Assembly (NCBI GenBank): GCA_003021305.1
Contig: PXQN01000058.1
Span: 633 to 64,632 of the forward strand
From: Halobacteriales archaeon QH_10_67_22
GTDB taxonomy: Archaea; Halobacteriota; Halobacteria; Halobacteriales; Haloarculaceae
DNA: 64,000 nt
Direction: 5' to 3'
Of this stretch, positions 50,542 to 60,003 are shown piece after piece (the first letter of the stretch is position 1; each line of letters starts with the position of its first letter). Both the position numbers and the translations under genes were made by a program. A model generated the notes under the pieces. That model worked only from the letters and a program-made list of their open reading frames with translations. It made no database searches and was not told where the DNA came from.

Positions 50542-52158
50542 TCAGTCGTTCTGGTAGCGGTTGCGGATCAGGATCGCCGTCGCGTTCATCAGGAGCAGCA
50601 GCGCCAGCAACACGATCGACGCGGCCGCCACCACCCCCGTCCGGTACTCGGGGATGTTGTTCCCTTTGGCGGCGAATATCTGCAACGGCAGGGCAGTCGC
50701 GCCCGAGAACAGCCCCGAGGGCGGGTCGAACCGCGTCGTCGCGAGCGCGATCATCACGAGCGGTGCAGTCTCCCCGATAGCGCGTCCGATCGCGAGGATC
50801 GTCCCCGTCAGAATGCCCGGGACGGCCTCGGGCAGGACGATGTTGCGGATAGTCTGCCAGCGACTCGCACCCATCCCGTAGGACCCCTGCCGGTACTCGT
50901 CCGGCACGGACCTGAGCGCCTCCTGTGCGGAGACGATCATGATTGGCAGTATCAACAGCGCGAGCGTCGTCGCCGCGGCGATCAGGATACCGGGTGTGAG
51001 ACCGAGCCCCTGTCTGAACAGCGCGAGGCCGAGCAGGCCGTAGACGACCGACGGGACGCCGGCCAGGTTCGAGATGTTGACGTCGAGGACCGACGCCAGT
51101 CTGCCGAGCCACCCGGTCGCGGGGGCGTACTCCTCGAGGTAAACCGCCGCACCGACTCCGACCGGGAACGCCATCAGCGTCATCAGGCTGACGATCATGA
51201 TCGACCCGAGAAGCTGCGGATAGATCCCTGCCTGCTCCGGGCGGTAACCCGACCAGCTCTCGAGCACCAGCGTCGGTCTGAGCCAGGCGTCGAGACCGGT
51301 GATACCGAACTGTCCCTCTATCCACGCCCCGAGCAAGATGCCGCCGAACAGGACGACTGGCCCCAGCAACCCCGCGCGTCCCTGCGGGTGGCGCTCGAAC
51401 GTCTCGACGACCAGGAGCGCGACCGGCGCCAGGAACACTGAGACGAGGACGAGCCACAGCGACGGGTCGACGCCCCGTGACTGGCTGACACCGACGGTCA
51501 CGAGCCCCGCGGCCACGACGAAAGCGGCGGTCGTCAGCCCCCTGTCGGTCCAGATGCGGTTCCCGAGCACGCCCAGGATTCCTGCCACGGGAAGTGTCGT
51601 GATGGCAAAATACGCGACCCAGTCGGGAAGCGACTCGGTGAACGCGTTGAGCGGTCCGAGCAACACGAAACTGCACACGAGGCCGACGGCAACCGACACC
51701 GGAACTGCCGGCCCGGTGAGGTGTGTTTCGCCGTAGAGACGGCCGTAAGCGACCACGACAAGCGGCGGAGCGGCGGCGAAGACCGCGTGGATCGCGACGT
51801 CGTAGGGGTTTAGCGCCGCCGGGACGGCGTAGGCGATCAGCGCAAGCGCGAGCCCGCCACAGAACACGGCGAACGCTCTGGCGTTGACGTGGGCGACGGC
51901 GGGATCGTGTCTCACGTACAGCGTGTACGCGCTCACCGGCGTGACCAGCGTCGCGAAATACAGCAGATACCAGGCCGGGTCCGCGGCGGACGGTCCCAGC
52001 GCGTCGATCCCGATGAGGACGAACAACACGAGCAGCGCGAGCACGCCGACGAGCGTCGCCACGATGAGAAGCACTTCGAACAGGCTCCCCTTGAGCTGTC
52101 GGAGCCACACCGCCCTGTCTTTCGCGAACTCGGAGACCGAATCGGTTTCGGCCGCCAT
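50542..52158 (-). CDS. pstA: Phosphate ABC permease with extra N-terminal TM segments
   Basis: [17 protein letters not shown] and RAIGETAP motifs. Confidence 0.93.
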   Translation of the reverse strand: MAAETDSVSEFAKDRAVWLRQLKGSLFEVLLIVATLVGVLALLVLFVLIGIDALGPSAADPAWYLLYFATLVTPVSAYTLYVRHDPAVAHVNARAFAVFCGGLALALIAYAVPAALNPYDVAIHAVFAAAPPLVVVAYGRLYGETHLTGPAVPVSVAVGLVCSFVLLGPLNAFTESLPDWVAYFAITTLPVAGILGVLGNRIWTDRGLTTAAFVVAAGLVTVGVSQSRGVDPSLWLVLVSVFLAPVALLVVETFERHPQGRAGLLGPVVLFGGILLGAWIEGQFGITGLDAWLRPTLVLESWSGYRPEQAGIYPQLLGSIMIVSLMTLMAFPVGVGAAVYLEEYAPATGWLGRLASVLDVNISNLAGVPSVVYGLLGLALFRQGLGLTPGILIAAATTLALLILPIMIVSAQEALRSVPDEYRQGSYGMGASRWQTIRNIVLPEAVPGILTGTILAIGRAIGETAPLVMIALATTRFDPPSGLFSGATALPLQIFAAKGNNIPEYRTGVVAAASIVLLALLLLMNATAILIRNRYQND

Positions 52159-53150
52159 CAGCTGTACTCCTCCCTGTAGTAGCGCCGGATGTACTCGGCG
52201 AAGACGTTCATGACCAGTGTGATGACGAACAGCGTCATTCCGAGCGCGAACATCGCCTCGAACACGGCGCCGCCACGCGACTCCGCGTTGGCGATCTGGA
52301 CCATCGCGGCCGTTATCGTCTGGGTCGACTGTGCGAGGTTCTCGAAGACGTTGGGGAACGACGGGATCTTCGGGCTCTGTCCCGCCGCGATGGTGACGGC
52401 CATCGTCTCGCCGATGGCCCGCGAGATCGCGAGCACGTACGACGACACGATGCCCGACGTCGCGGCCGGCACGACGACTTTCGTCGAGACGTCGAACTTC
52501 GTCGACCCGAGTCCGTACGCCGCGTTCCGCAGACTATCGGGCACCGCGCTGAGCGCGTCCTCGCTGATCGAGGAGACCATCGGGATGATCATCAGTCCGA
52601 CGACGATGCTCGCCGAGAGGACGTTGAACGTCCGCAGCGACGGCACGACGAGCGTGAACTCGGGGACCACCGGGAACCCGGCCGGGAGGACCGGGACCGA
52701 GATCGGGAGCGGCCCGTCGAGGATCGGCGTGAGATACACGAGCGCGAAGTAGCCGTAGATGACCGTCGGAACGCCGGCCAGGATCTCCAGTGCCGGCTTG
52801 AGAACCGACCGGACCCGGTTGCTCGCGTACTCACTGAGGTAGATGGCGATCGCCAGTCCGACCGGGAGTGCGATGAGCGCCGAGACGAGAGTCACGATCA
52901 GGGTCCCGCTGACCAGCGGGAGGACGCCGTACGTCTCCTCGCCGATGAGCGGACTCCAGTCTGTCCCGGTGACGTACTCGACGAACGACACCTCGCTGAA
53001 AAACACGAGCGTCTCTCCCAGCAACGCGAGGATGATGCCGGCGGTCACGAAAAGCGTCAGCAGCGCACACCCCGCGACCAACCGCCGGTACAGTCGCTCC
53101 TTGGTGACTGCGATCCCGTCGCGCCGGAGTGTCGGTGTTCGGTCACTCAT
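52158..53150 (-). CDS. pstC: Phosphate ABC permease
   Basis: YLSEYA, LAGVPTVIYG and RAIGETMAV motifs. Confidence 0.94.
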   Translation of the reverse strand: MSDRTPTLRRDGIAVTKERLYRRLVAGCALLTLFVTAGIILALLGETLVFFSEVSFVEYVTGTDWSPLIGEETYGVLPLVSGTLIVTLVSALIALPVGLAIAIYLSEYASNRVRSVLKPALEILAGVPTVIYGYFALVYLTPILDGPLPISVPVLPAGFPVVPEFTLVVPSLRTFNVLSASIVVGLMIIPMVSSISEDALSAVPDSLRNAAYGLGSTKFDVSTKVVVPAATSGIVSSYVLAISRAIGETMAVTIAAGQSPKIPSFPNVFENLAQSTQTITAAMVQIANAESRGGAVFEAMFALGMTLFVITLVMNVFAEYIRRYYREEYS

Positions 53151-53209
53151 GACTCAGTTCGCCCCGTCGGTGTCGTTCCGAGAGAGATGTCTGTCACGTC
53201 GATGCAGGT

Positions 53210-54286
53210 TCAGCGGCTGAACTCGTAGTCGCCGGTGATGGCCGCTTCGAGATTGGCCTGGTTCTGCTGGGCGCGCTGGTCGGAGCTCTGGACGTAGCCG
53301 ATACGGTCGGCGATCAGTTGCTTGTCGGTTGTCTTCTGGATGTAGAACTGGATGAACGCCTGCACGTGTCCCTTCTCCTGGATCTTGTTCATGTTGCCGT
53401 AGAAAAACAGCGGCCGGGCCAGGGGGTACTCGCCGGTCGAGGCCGCGTCTAGGCTGGGGTCGGTCGGCTCCTCGCCGGCTTCGGTCGCCAGGGGCACTGC
53501 CGTCGTCTCCTCGGGGTTGTTCACGTAGTAGGCGAAGGGCAGATAGCCCATCGCGTACTCGTTGCCCTCGACACCGGAGGCGATCTGGTCGTCCTCTTCG
53601 GTGCCCTCGAAGTCGTCGCGGATCCGGCCGGCCTCGCCCAGGATCGTCTCCGTGAAGTAGTCGAACGTGCCCGATGTCGACGCGGGACCGTAGAGGTCGA
53701 TCGGTTCGTCCGGCCAGTCGGAGTTGACGTCCGACCAGGTCTCTGCCTTGTCGTCGGGGCTCCAGATCTGTTCGAGTTCGTCGTAGGTCAGCGAGTCGAT
53801 GAAGTCGTTCTCGTTGTTGACGACGACCGTCAGCGCGTCTTTTGCGACTTCGAACTCCACCGGTTCGATACCGTTGTCCCGCAGCGTCTGGACTTCCTCG
53901 TCTTTGATCGCGCGGCTCGAGTTATTGATATCGGAGTCGCCCGGGATGAACACGTTCTCGAACCCGCCCGAACTCCCGTCCTTGCTGATGTCGAACGTGA
54001 CGTCCGGGTGGTCCTCCTTGAACAGCTCACCCACGGCGGTCGCGACCGGGAACACCGTACTGCTCCCCGATACGCGGATGTTCCCCGAGAGGTCCATATC
54101 GCCACCGTCGCCGCCACTGCTGCCGTCGCCACCGTCACTGCCGTCGCCACCCTCGCCGCCCTCGCCGTCGCCACCCTCGCCGTCGCCACCACAGCCGGCG
54201 ACACCGGCGGCTCCGACGGCTCCCGTTGTAACGATAAATTTGCGGCGTGATACCCCGTCTATCGAACACTCCTGATCTCGTGCCAT
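53210..54286 (-). CDS. pstS: Phosphate-binding Tat lipoprotein
   Basis: SRRKFI...AGC signal peptide; GSSTVFP, SGTFDYF and YPLARPLF motifs. Confidence 0.94.
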   Translation of the reverse strand: MARDQECSIDGVSRRKFIVTTGAVGAAGVAGCGGDGEGGDGEGGEGGDGSDGGDGSSGGDGGDMDLSGNIRVSGSSTVFPVATAVGELFKEDHPDVTFDISKDGSSGGFENVFIPGDSDINNSSRAIKDEEVQTLRDNGIEPVEFEVAKDALTVVVNNENDFIDSLTYDELEQIWSPDDKAETWSDVNSDWPDEPIDLYGPASTSGTFDYFTETILGEAGRIRDDFEGTEEDDQIASGVEGNEYAMGYLPFAYYVNNPEETTAVPLATEAGEEPTDPSLDAASTGEYPLARPLFFYGNMNKIQEKGHVQAFIQFYIQKTTDKQLIADRIGYVQSSDQRAQQNQANLEAAITGDYEFSR

Positions 54287-54304
54287 CACCCGAACCCAAA
54301 CCAG

Positions 54305-54425
54305 ACATAAATAAGGTGGTTTATAATTGGGGTACGTGTGGGTCAATATCAGTCCGGTCGGTTCTGAGTGAAACGCACGACAATAATTAACACATATCAG
54401 AACTGGGTGGTATATAGTCTCAATA
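54305..54425 (-). promoter_or_regulatory. AT-rich pst promoter region
   Basis: TTATTTAT about 25 nt upstream of the pstS ATG; further ATAT-containing boxes upstream (CTGATAT twice, CTATATA). Confidence 0.5.
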
Positions 54426-54515
54426 GATGCCCGGTCGGGAGTACTGGCGCTCGTCGCACCACTGCTGTCTGATGTTGGACCGTCTCCCCCGCCTGTCTGC
54501 GGGGTCACTCCCGAC

Positions 54516-55775
54516 TCACAGGGAAACCGTCTCACCGAGGTCCACGCTGCGGGCGTCGAAGCCGTCGCCCCGCAGGTCAGCCGCGAACGCGGCCGGTTCG
54601 TCGCCGTGGTTCGTAATGACCTCGCTGTCGCGGTAGGAGTCGAGGAACGCCTCCAGGCCGTCGCGGTCGGCGTGGGCCGAGAAGTTGAACAGGTCGACCC
54701 CGGCGCTGACGGGGGTCATCCGGCCGTCGATCTCGGCGCTGCCGGTGTCGAGCAGTTCCCGCCCGGGCGTCCCCGCGACCTGGTAGCCGGTCAGCGCAAC
54801 CGTGTTGACGGGGTTGCCGGCGACCTCGGGGACGTAGGTCATCGCCGGCCCGCCCGAGAGCATCCCCGATGTGGTGATTATCACGGTGTTTTCGGCGGCG
54901 ATGCGGCGGCGCTGGCCGTCCCGGCCGTCGACGTACCTGGCGCCGGATTTGGCCCCCCGGAGCGCGTCGCCGTCCCGGAGAAAGTCCGGAGACTGACAGA
55001 ACAACCGGGTGACCCGCTGGCCCATGCCGTCGACGTAACAGGGCAGGTCGTGGGCCGCACAGACGAGCATGATCTCCTGGGTGCGCCCGATGGCGAAGGC
55101 GGGGACGACGACGGTTCCGCCCTCCCAGAGGGTGGTCCGGACCGTCTCGACGAACCGTTCCTCCACGCGGGTGCGGTCCTCGTGGTGGTCGGCCGCATAC
55201 GTCGACTCACAGACGACGACGTCCGCGTCCGGGCGGGCGGTCGTGCCCGCCACGAGACGCTGGTCTGCCGTGTGGAAATCGCCCGTGTACAGCAGTCGCG
55301 TCTCGCCGTCGTCGACGAGGACGTGGGCGCTGCCGGGGATGTGGCCGGCGTCGGAGAACGTCACCTCGTAGCCGCCGGCGTCGGGACCGCCACACGCGGT
55401 AAAGGGCTCGCGGTAGCCGTGGGTCACCGACACTTCGCCCAGACGCTGGACGTCGAGTTCGGTGAACGGACACTGGGGGGTCGAGCCGTGGAGTTTCAGC
55501 GTGTCCCGGGCGAGCACCCGCGTCAGGTCGCGGGTCGGCGGCGTCCAGTGGACCGGCGGGCGGGCGTCGCCGCTCAGCAGCGCCGGGACGGCACCGGCGT
55601 GGTCCAAGTGGCCGTGGCTGACGACCACGGCCTCGGGGTCGAGGCCGCCCGGCGGGTCGACCGGATACCGGGGCGGGGAGTCGGCGGCCATCCCGTAATC
55701 CAGCAGGAGACGGCCGTCGACAAGCAGCGCGCTCCGTCCCACCTCGTCGGCGCCGCCGAGAAACTGCAGGTCCAT
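54516..55775 (-). CDS. Metallo-beta-lactamase beta-CASP ribonuclease (aCPSF-like)
   Basis: GGADEVGRS, SHGHLDH, AGHIPGS, ESTY, GRTQE and FSAHAD motifs. Confidence 0.92.
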   Translation of the reverse strand: MDLQFLGGADEVGRSALLVDGRLLLDYGMAADSPPRYPVDPPGGLDPEAVVVSHGHLDHAGAVPALLSGDARPPVHWTPPTRDLTRVLARDTLKLHGSTPQCPFTELDVQRLGEVSVTHGYREPFTACGGPDAGGYEVTFSDAGHIPGSAHVLVDDGETRLLYTGDFHTADQRLVAGTTARPDADVVVCESTYAADHHEDRTRVEERFVETVRTTLWEGGTVVVPAFAIGRTQEIMLVCAAHDLPCYVDGMGQRVTRLFCQSPDFLRDGDALRGAKSGARYVDGRDGQRRRIAAENTVIITTSGMLSGGPAMTYVPEVAGNPVNTVALTGYQVAGTPGRELLDTGSAEIDGRMTPVSAGVDLFNFSAHADRDGLEAFLDSYRDSEVITNHGDEPAAFAADLRGDGFDARSVDLGETVSL

Positions 55776-55901
55776 CACTCGACTGTTCGGGGGGCGGCGG
55801 TTTCCCTCCGTCGGTTCTCGTCGGGACCGCTCCCGGGGGACAGCCGGCAACCAGGGGTGGAGAACGGATGTTGTTTACGTGTGCGCTCGATCCATGCGCA
55901 C

Positions 55902-57341
55902 GTGGCCGCCCGGTACAACCCGTTGCGTGCGCTGTTGCTGGCAGTCGGCGGACTCGTCGCCAGGGCCGGACTCATCGCCCGCGAGCGGGTCGAACGCGCG
56001 ACGGACCTGGCCTGGCCCCGGATCGTCACCGGGATCGCCCGGATGTCCAGGACGACTGCCGACGTCGCGATGGTCGGCATCGCGCTCGGACCCGGCGCCA
56101 TCGCCGGCGTCGGCTACGCCCAGCCGTTCTGGGGACTGTCGTTCGCCCTGGGCGGGGGCATCGCCGGCGGGACCATCGGACTCGTCTCCCAGCGGTACGG
56201 CGCCGACGCCCACGAGGAACTCGCGGTGGCCGTCAAGGTGAGCGCGCTCGTGGCCATCGCCGTCACTGTCCCCGTGACAGCACTGTATCTGCTCGTTCCC
56301 GGTCCGTTGATCGACGCCATCGGGTCGGGGACCGACGCCGTCGCACTCGGCACCGACTACCTCCGGATTGTGGCACTCGGAATCCCGTTTGCAGCACTGA
56401 ACCTGGTCGGCAGTCGGACGCTGGTCGGCGCCGACGATGCCTGGACTCCGATGGTCCTCCGCGGGGGTGGCGCGATGTTCAATATCGTGGTCAACGCCGC
56501 CCTCATCTTCGGGTTCGGCATGGGCGTCGTCGGCGCCGCCGCAGGTACCGTGCTCTCGAACGCGCTGGTCACGCTGGCCCTGGGGGTTGGCCTCGCCCGG
56601 GGCCGCCTGCCGGTCGTCGGCGAGTTTCCGGTCACTGTGCCGGTCTCGGGACCGCAGTTCGACCGGTCGCTCCTGGCCGACCTGATAGAGACCGCGACGC
56701 CGCTGGTCGGGGCGAACCTCGCCAGGAACGGCGGCCAGTTCCCCAAGCTGTACGTCGTCGGTCTGTTCGGCCCGAACGTCGTCGCGGCCTACGTCGTCGC
56801 GATGCGGGTGCGGGCGCTGATGGAGACGCCCAACTGGGGGTTCAGCATGGCCTCCAGCAGTCTCGTCGGCCAGGCACTCGGTGCCGACGACGAGCGCGAA
56901 GCCGGCGAGTGGGCACGTGACGTCCTCCGGTTCTCGCTGGCGGTGTTCGCCGTCATCGCGGCGGGCACGTTCGTCCTCGCCCGACCGATCGGACGTGTGT
57001 TCGTCGACGACCCCGCGATCCTCCCGACCGTCGTCGTCTTCATCCGGGTCACCTGCCTGGGCGTCCTGTTCAGCGGCGTCTACGGCGGTGCGACCGGTCC
57101 CCTCCGGGCGAGTGGCGACACGCGCTGGCCGCTGTACGCACAACTGGCCGGCCTGTACGTGTTCGCACTGCCCGTGGCGACCGTCGGCGTGCTCGTCCCC
57201 GCGGTCGGCGTTACTGCGCTGTACGCTGCCGTCGTCGTCGAACTCGCCATCCCCGCGCTCGTCGTCTACTACCGCTACCACTCGGGCGCCTGGAAGGTGA
57301 TCAGCCGCGACTACCGCCCCGACGCGACACCGACCGACTGA
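55902..57341 (+). CDS. MATE-family efflux transporter
   Basis: DVAMVG, SQRYGA, GADDAWTPM and RASGDTRWP; about 12 TM segments. Confidence 0.9.
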   Translation: MAARYNPLRALLLAVGGLVARAGLIARERVERATDLAWPRIVTGIARMSRTTADVAMVGIALGPGAIAGVGYAQPFWGLSFALGGGIAGGTIGLVSQRYGADAHEELAVAVKVSALVAIAVTVPVTALYLLVPGPLIDAIGSGTDAVALGTDYLRIVALGIPFAALNLVGSRTLVGADDAWTPMVLRGGGAMFNIVVNAALIFGFGMGVVGAAAGTVLSNALVTLALGVGLARGRLPVVGEFPVTVPVSGPQFDRSLLADLIETATPLVGANLARNGGQFPKLYVVGLFGPNVVAAYVVAMRVRALMETPNWGFSMASSSLVGQALGADDEREAGEWARDVLRFSLAVFAVIAAGTFVLARPIGRVFVDDPAILPTVVVFIRVTCLGVLFSGVYGGATGPLRASGDTRWPLYAQLAGLYVFALPVATVGVLVPAVGVTALYAAVVVELAIPALVVYYRYHSGAWKVISRDYRPDATPTD

Positions 57342-57415
57342 GAACCGTCCGGTCGTGGGAGGTGAACACATAGCGCATAAACAATTATTATGGTTGGCGT
57401 CCTACCAGTGGGTGT

Positions 57416-57532
57416 ATGGCGACACAGCAGCCCACCCCGACGTACCATACGTGCACCTGCGGCGAACAGTTCGAGACGACGGAGGAGTTGCTCGAACACG
57501 CCCGAGAGTCACACGGACTCGGGGTATTCTGA
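57416..57532 (+). CDS. 38-aa C2H2-type zinc-finger microprotein
   Basis: MATQQPTPTYHTCTCGEQFETTEELLEHARESHGLGVF; AT-rich TATA-like box about 26 nt upstream. Confidence 0.75.
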   Translation: MATQQPTPTYHTCTCGEQFETTEELLEHARESHGLGVF

Positions 57533-57551
57533 GTCGCCACCCCGGAGTCTG

Positions 57552-57833
57552 TCAGAGACGCCGTACCCGGAACCGGTTGTAGCCGCCGTGAGAGAGCTCC
57601 AGCGAGCCGACCCACCAGTTCCATCGCTCGACGAGCGTGTACCCGTCCGGCGCGTCCTGGAGGTTCGTGACGACCGTCTCGACAGTGAGCGGCCGGCCGA
57701 AGTGGTCCTCGATGAGGCCGGCGTCGGCGAGGTCCCGCGCCTGACGGGCGACGACGTGTCTCGCGTCCTCGTCGCCCTCGAACGCCGCCAGGGCAGTTTC
57801 GAGCTGGGACCGGTTCACGCTCGTAGTTGCCAC
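57552..57833 (-). CDS. Conserved haloarchaeal hypothetical protein
   Basis: VARQARDLADAG...LQDAPD...ERWNWWVGSLELSHGGY. Confidence 0.75.
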   Translation of the reverse strand: MATTSVNRSQLETALAAFEGDEDARHVVARQARDLADAGLIEDHFGRPLTVETVVTNLQDAPDGYTLVERWNWWVGSLELSHGGYNRFRVRRL

Positions 57834-57865
57834 TATAGCGTCTTGAAAGGTACCAAGTGAGTAGC

Positions 57866-58171
57866 GGCTGAGGGGAGTAAGCCCCCTTCTGTTCGGCCCG
57901 GCATTCGGCTGAGCGCCCGCGTCGTGTCCGGGCTACCTGTCACGCGGGCTTGCACCGGTGAGGGTTCGCCGTTCCATCCGTTCTCTCCCGTCGAGTTCGC
58001 GCGCCTCATCGGTCGGGGAGAGGGGTCTCGTTTCTGTTCCAGCGCCAGCGGTCTCCCGCTCCGGGTTTGCACCCGGTCACCTGCCCGGACGGTGGGGGGA
58101 CTTTCCTCATGCCCCTTGCCGGCCGGATCACTCCGCCCGGGCCGGGGCACGGGAACCGGGCTCCCTCTGCC
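57866..58171 (-). ncRNA. rnpB: RNase P RNA
   Basis: GAGGAAAGTCC (CR-I), ACAGAAA, GGATGGAAC, GGTGCAAG and AACAGAAGGGGGCTTA (CR-V); the ends pair as P1. Confidence 0.95.
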
Positions 58172-58610
58172 ATACTCATGTAAGGCCGTCACCCGATTAA
58201 GCCGTTCGGTCGTCCGACGACACCCTCAGCGCGCTCTCCGGGGACCCAAAGCGCGTCGTGAGTGATCGATAGCGGATAATATTGCTTCTTCACGCACGGC
58301 CGACCGAGAACACGGTCCGGCACCAACCGCGACATCTCGAGAGGACGCAACGCCAGAATCGGTCCGTTCGTCGTCTCTCGGGGCCGTTCGGCTGTCAGTC
58401 GGCCCTCGCGTTCCCGACGGTGAGTGGCTGGTGACCTGTGTGAGAGCGTCACGAATGGTCCCGCGTGATTTCGTGGCAAAGTTAGCCGGTAATCGGCGGC
58501 GGGGGAACGAATTGCACGGGCGGACGCGGTTAAGGAGGTTGCAGCTCTAGGGTGGGGTACAGCGGCGGTCCGGCCCCCGACGCTGGCCGAGACTGCCGGA
58601 GACACGACAG

Positions 58611-58760
58611 ATGACGAACAACGACCAGGTCGGAGCGACGGACGGATCGGACGACGACCGCGAGGCGGCGGACGCACACCTCGCAGACGTCGAGGATGGG
58701 TGTGGCTGTGCCGAGGTCTGGGAGCACCTCTCACAGCAGCGCGAGGCGAGTGCAGACTGA
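58611..58760 (+). CDS. 49-aa acidic microprotein with a DGCGCAEVWEHLS motif
   Basis: Translated by hand; shorter than the ORF-track cutoff. Confidence 0.7.
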   Translation: MTNNDQVGATDGSDDDREAADAHLADVEDGCGCAEVWEHLSQQREASAD

Positions 58761-58850
58761 CAGTCGGATAACTCGACGGTCCAGTCGCCTGTGTCCGAAA
58801 CACGCAGGGAGGCAAGGGACTTTTGCTACGCCAGTGCTAACCGCACGACG

Positions 58851-59525
58851 ATGAGTGGAGAGGGGCCGGACCCCCCAGCGACCGACCGGGAATCACCAGT
58901 CGGGGCGCCCGTCATCAGGGGCGACCCGTCCGTCACGGGCCAGCGACCAGAAGAGGCCGTCGAGTTCGACCCCGACGACCCGAAGAGTCTGGCGACGGCC
59001 GCCGACGTCGTCGGCCAGTTCGCCGCCGAGACGGCCGGCCAGACCGACACGGTCTACATGCTCCGCGGGGCGGCCGCGTGTGCGGCACTGGTCCGTGGCG
59101 AGGGGTCGTACAAGGCCGCGGCCGAGCGCGCCGGCGGCGGGGCGACCGTCGCGTTCATCCGCAAGTGGTCCCGCGTCCACGACCTCCCGCGGTCGATCCG
59201 GAAACACGTCGCGATGGGACACATCGCCCCGACGGCCGCGAAACACATCGCTCGCGTCAGCGGCGAAGCGCGCCTGCAACTGGCCTGGGCGGTCCTCGAC
59301 GCCGGCATGACCGTCCGTCAGGTCCGCTCGGTCGCCAGCGACATCAACGACGGCGTCTCGGTCGCCGACGCGCTCGACCGCGAGGGGATCACGCTGGGCG
59401 AACTCACAGTCACGCTCCCGCCCGGAACCTACGAGGAACTGCGCCGCCGCGCCGCGCTCGAGGACATCGAGCCCGACGCCATCGTCGCCGACACCCTCGA
59501 CCGGCGGTTTGACTCCGGCCGGTGA
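58851..59525 (+). CDS. Conserved hypothetical protein with an HTH-like core
   Basis: DRESPVGAPVIRGD...FIRKWSRVHDLP...IAPTAAKHIARV. Confidence 0.75.
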   Translation: MSGEGPDPPATDRESPVGAPVIRGDPSVTGQRPEEAVEFDPDDPKSLATAADVVGQFAAETAGQTDTVYMLRGAAACAALVRGEGSYKAAAERAGGGATVAFIRKWSRVHDLPRSIRKHVAMGHIAPTAAKHIARVSGEARLQLAWAVLDAGMTVRQVRSVASDINDGVSVADALDREGITLGELTVTLPPGTYEELRRRAALEDIEPDAIVADTLDRRFDSGR

Positions 59526-59586
59526 CCCCATCTCGACACGGGTGATCGTAAGGTCTTAACGGCCGTCAGCCTCAGTCACTGACGCA

Positions 59587-59660
59587 GGGCCGGTAGCTCA
59601 GTCAGGCAGAGCGTCTGGCTTTTAACCAGATGGTCGGGGGTTCAACTCCCTCCCGGCCCG
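59587..59660 (+). tRNA. tRNA-Lys(UUU)
   Basis: GGGCCGG/CCGGCCC acceptor stem; TCTGG-CTTTTAA-CCAGA anticodon arm; GTTCAA T-loop; CCA not encoded. Confidence 0.96.
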
Positions 59661-59664
59661 TGCA

Positions 59665-59756
59665 AAGTCGACACTCGATACTTCGTTTGGCGGTCTCCGA
59701 GACGTCTCGATGGTGAAACACCGACGAGCGTGTTCACGTACTCGTGTCCGACAGTA
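59665..59756. mobile_element. Family A element, copy 4 (left TIR lost), 4 nt downstream of the tRNA
   Basis: Matches copy 3 from AAGTCGACACTC to GTGTCCGACAGTA; right flank TTA. Confidence 0.88.
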
Positions 59757-59785
59757 TTACCAGGGAGAACCCCGAGAGGGCGAGT

Positions 59786-59992
59786 ATGAGTGTGACAGAA
59801 CGGTTCGACGACCGGCTCGAAGCGGTCGGTATCGCGGTCGGCGTCCTGCTCGTGCTCGTCGGGCTCGGGACTATCGCCGGCTTTCCCTGGGCGACCAAGA
59901 ACAACGCGACCGCCTCAGTCCTGCAGGTCATCGGTGCGCTCGGCGTCGCCGGAATCGGCGCCGGGCTCGTCTGGTTGAGCCGCTACGAGTAA
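59786..59992 (+). CDS. Small two-TM membrane protein
   Basis: Two hydrophobic helices around GFPW. Confidence 0.7.
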   Translation: MSVTERFDDRLEAVGIAVGVLLVLVGLGTIAGFPWATKNNATASVLQVIGALGVAGIGAGLVWLSRYE

Positions 59993-60003
59993 CTTTTCGC
60001 GGG

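Noticed and set aside
54100..54190. Tandem GCCGTCGCCACC-like repeats in pstS
   Set aside because: They encode the ordinary Gly/Asp linker behind the lipobox
59587..59660. tRNA-Lys as an att site for an integrated element
   Set aside because: No integrase and no duplicate of the tRNA 3' end in the window
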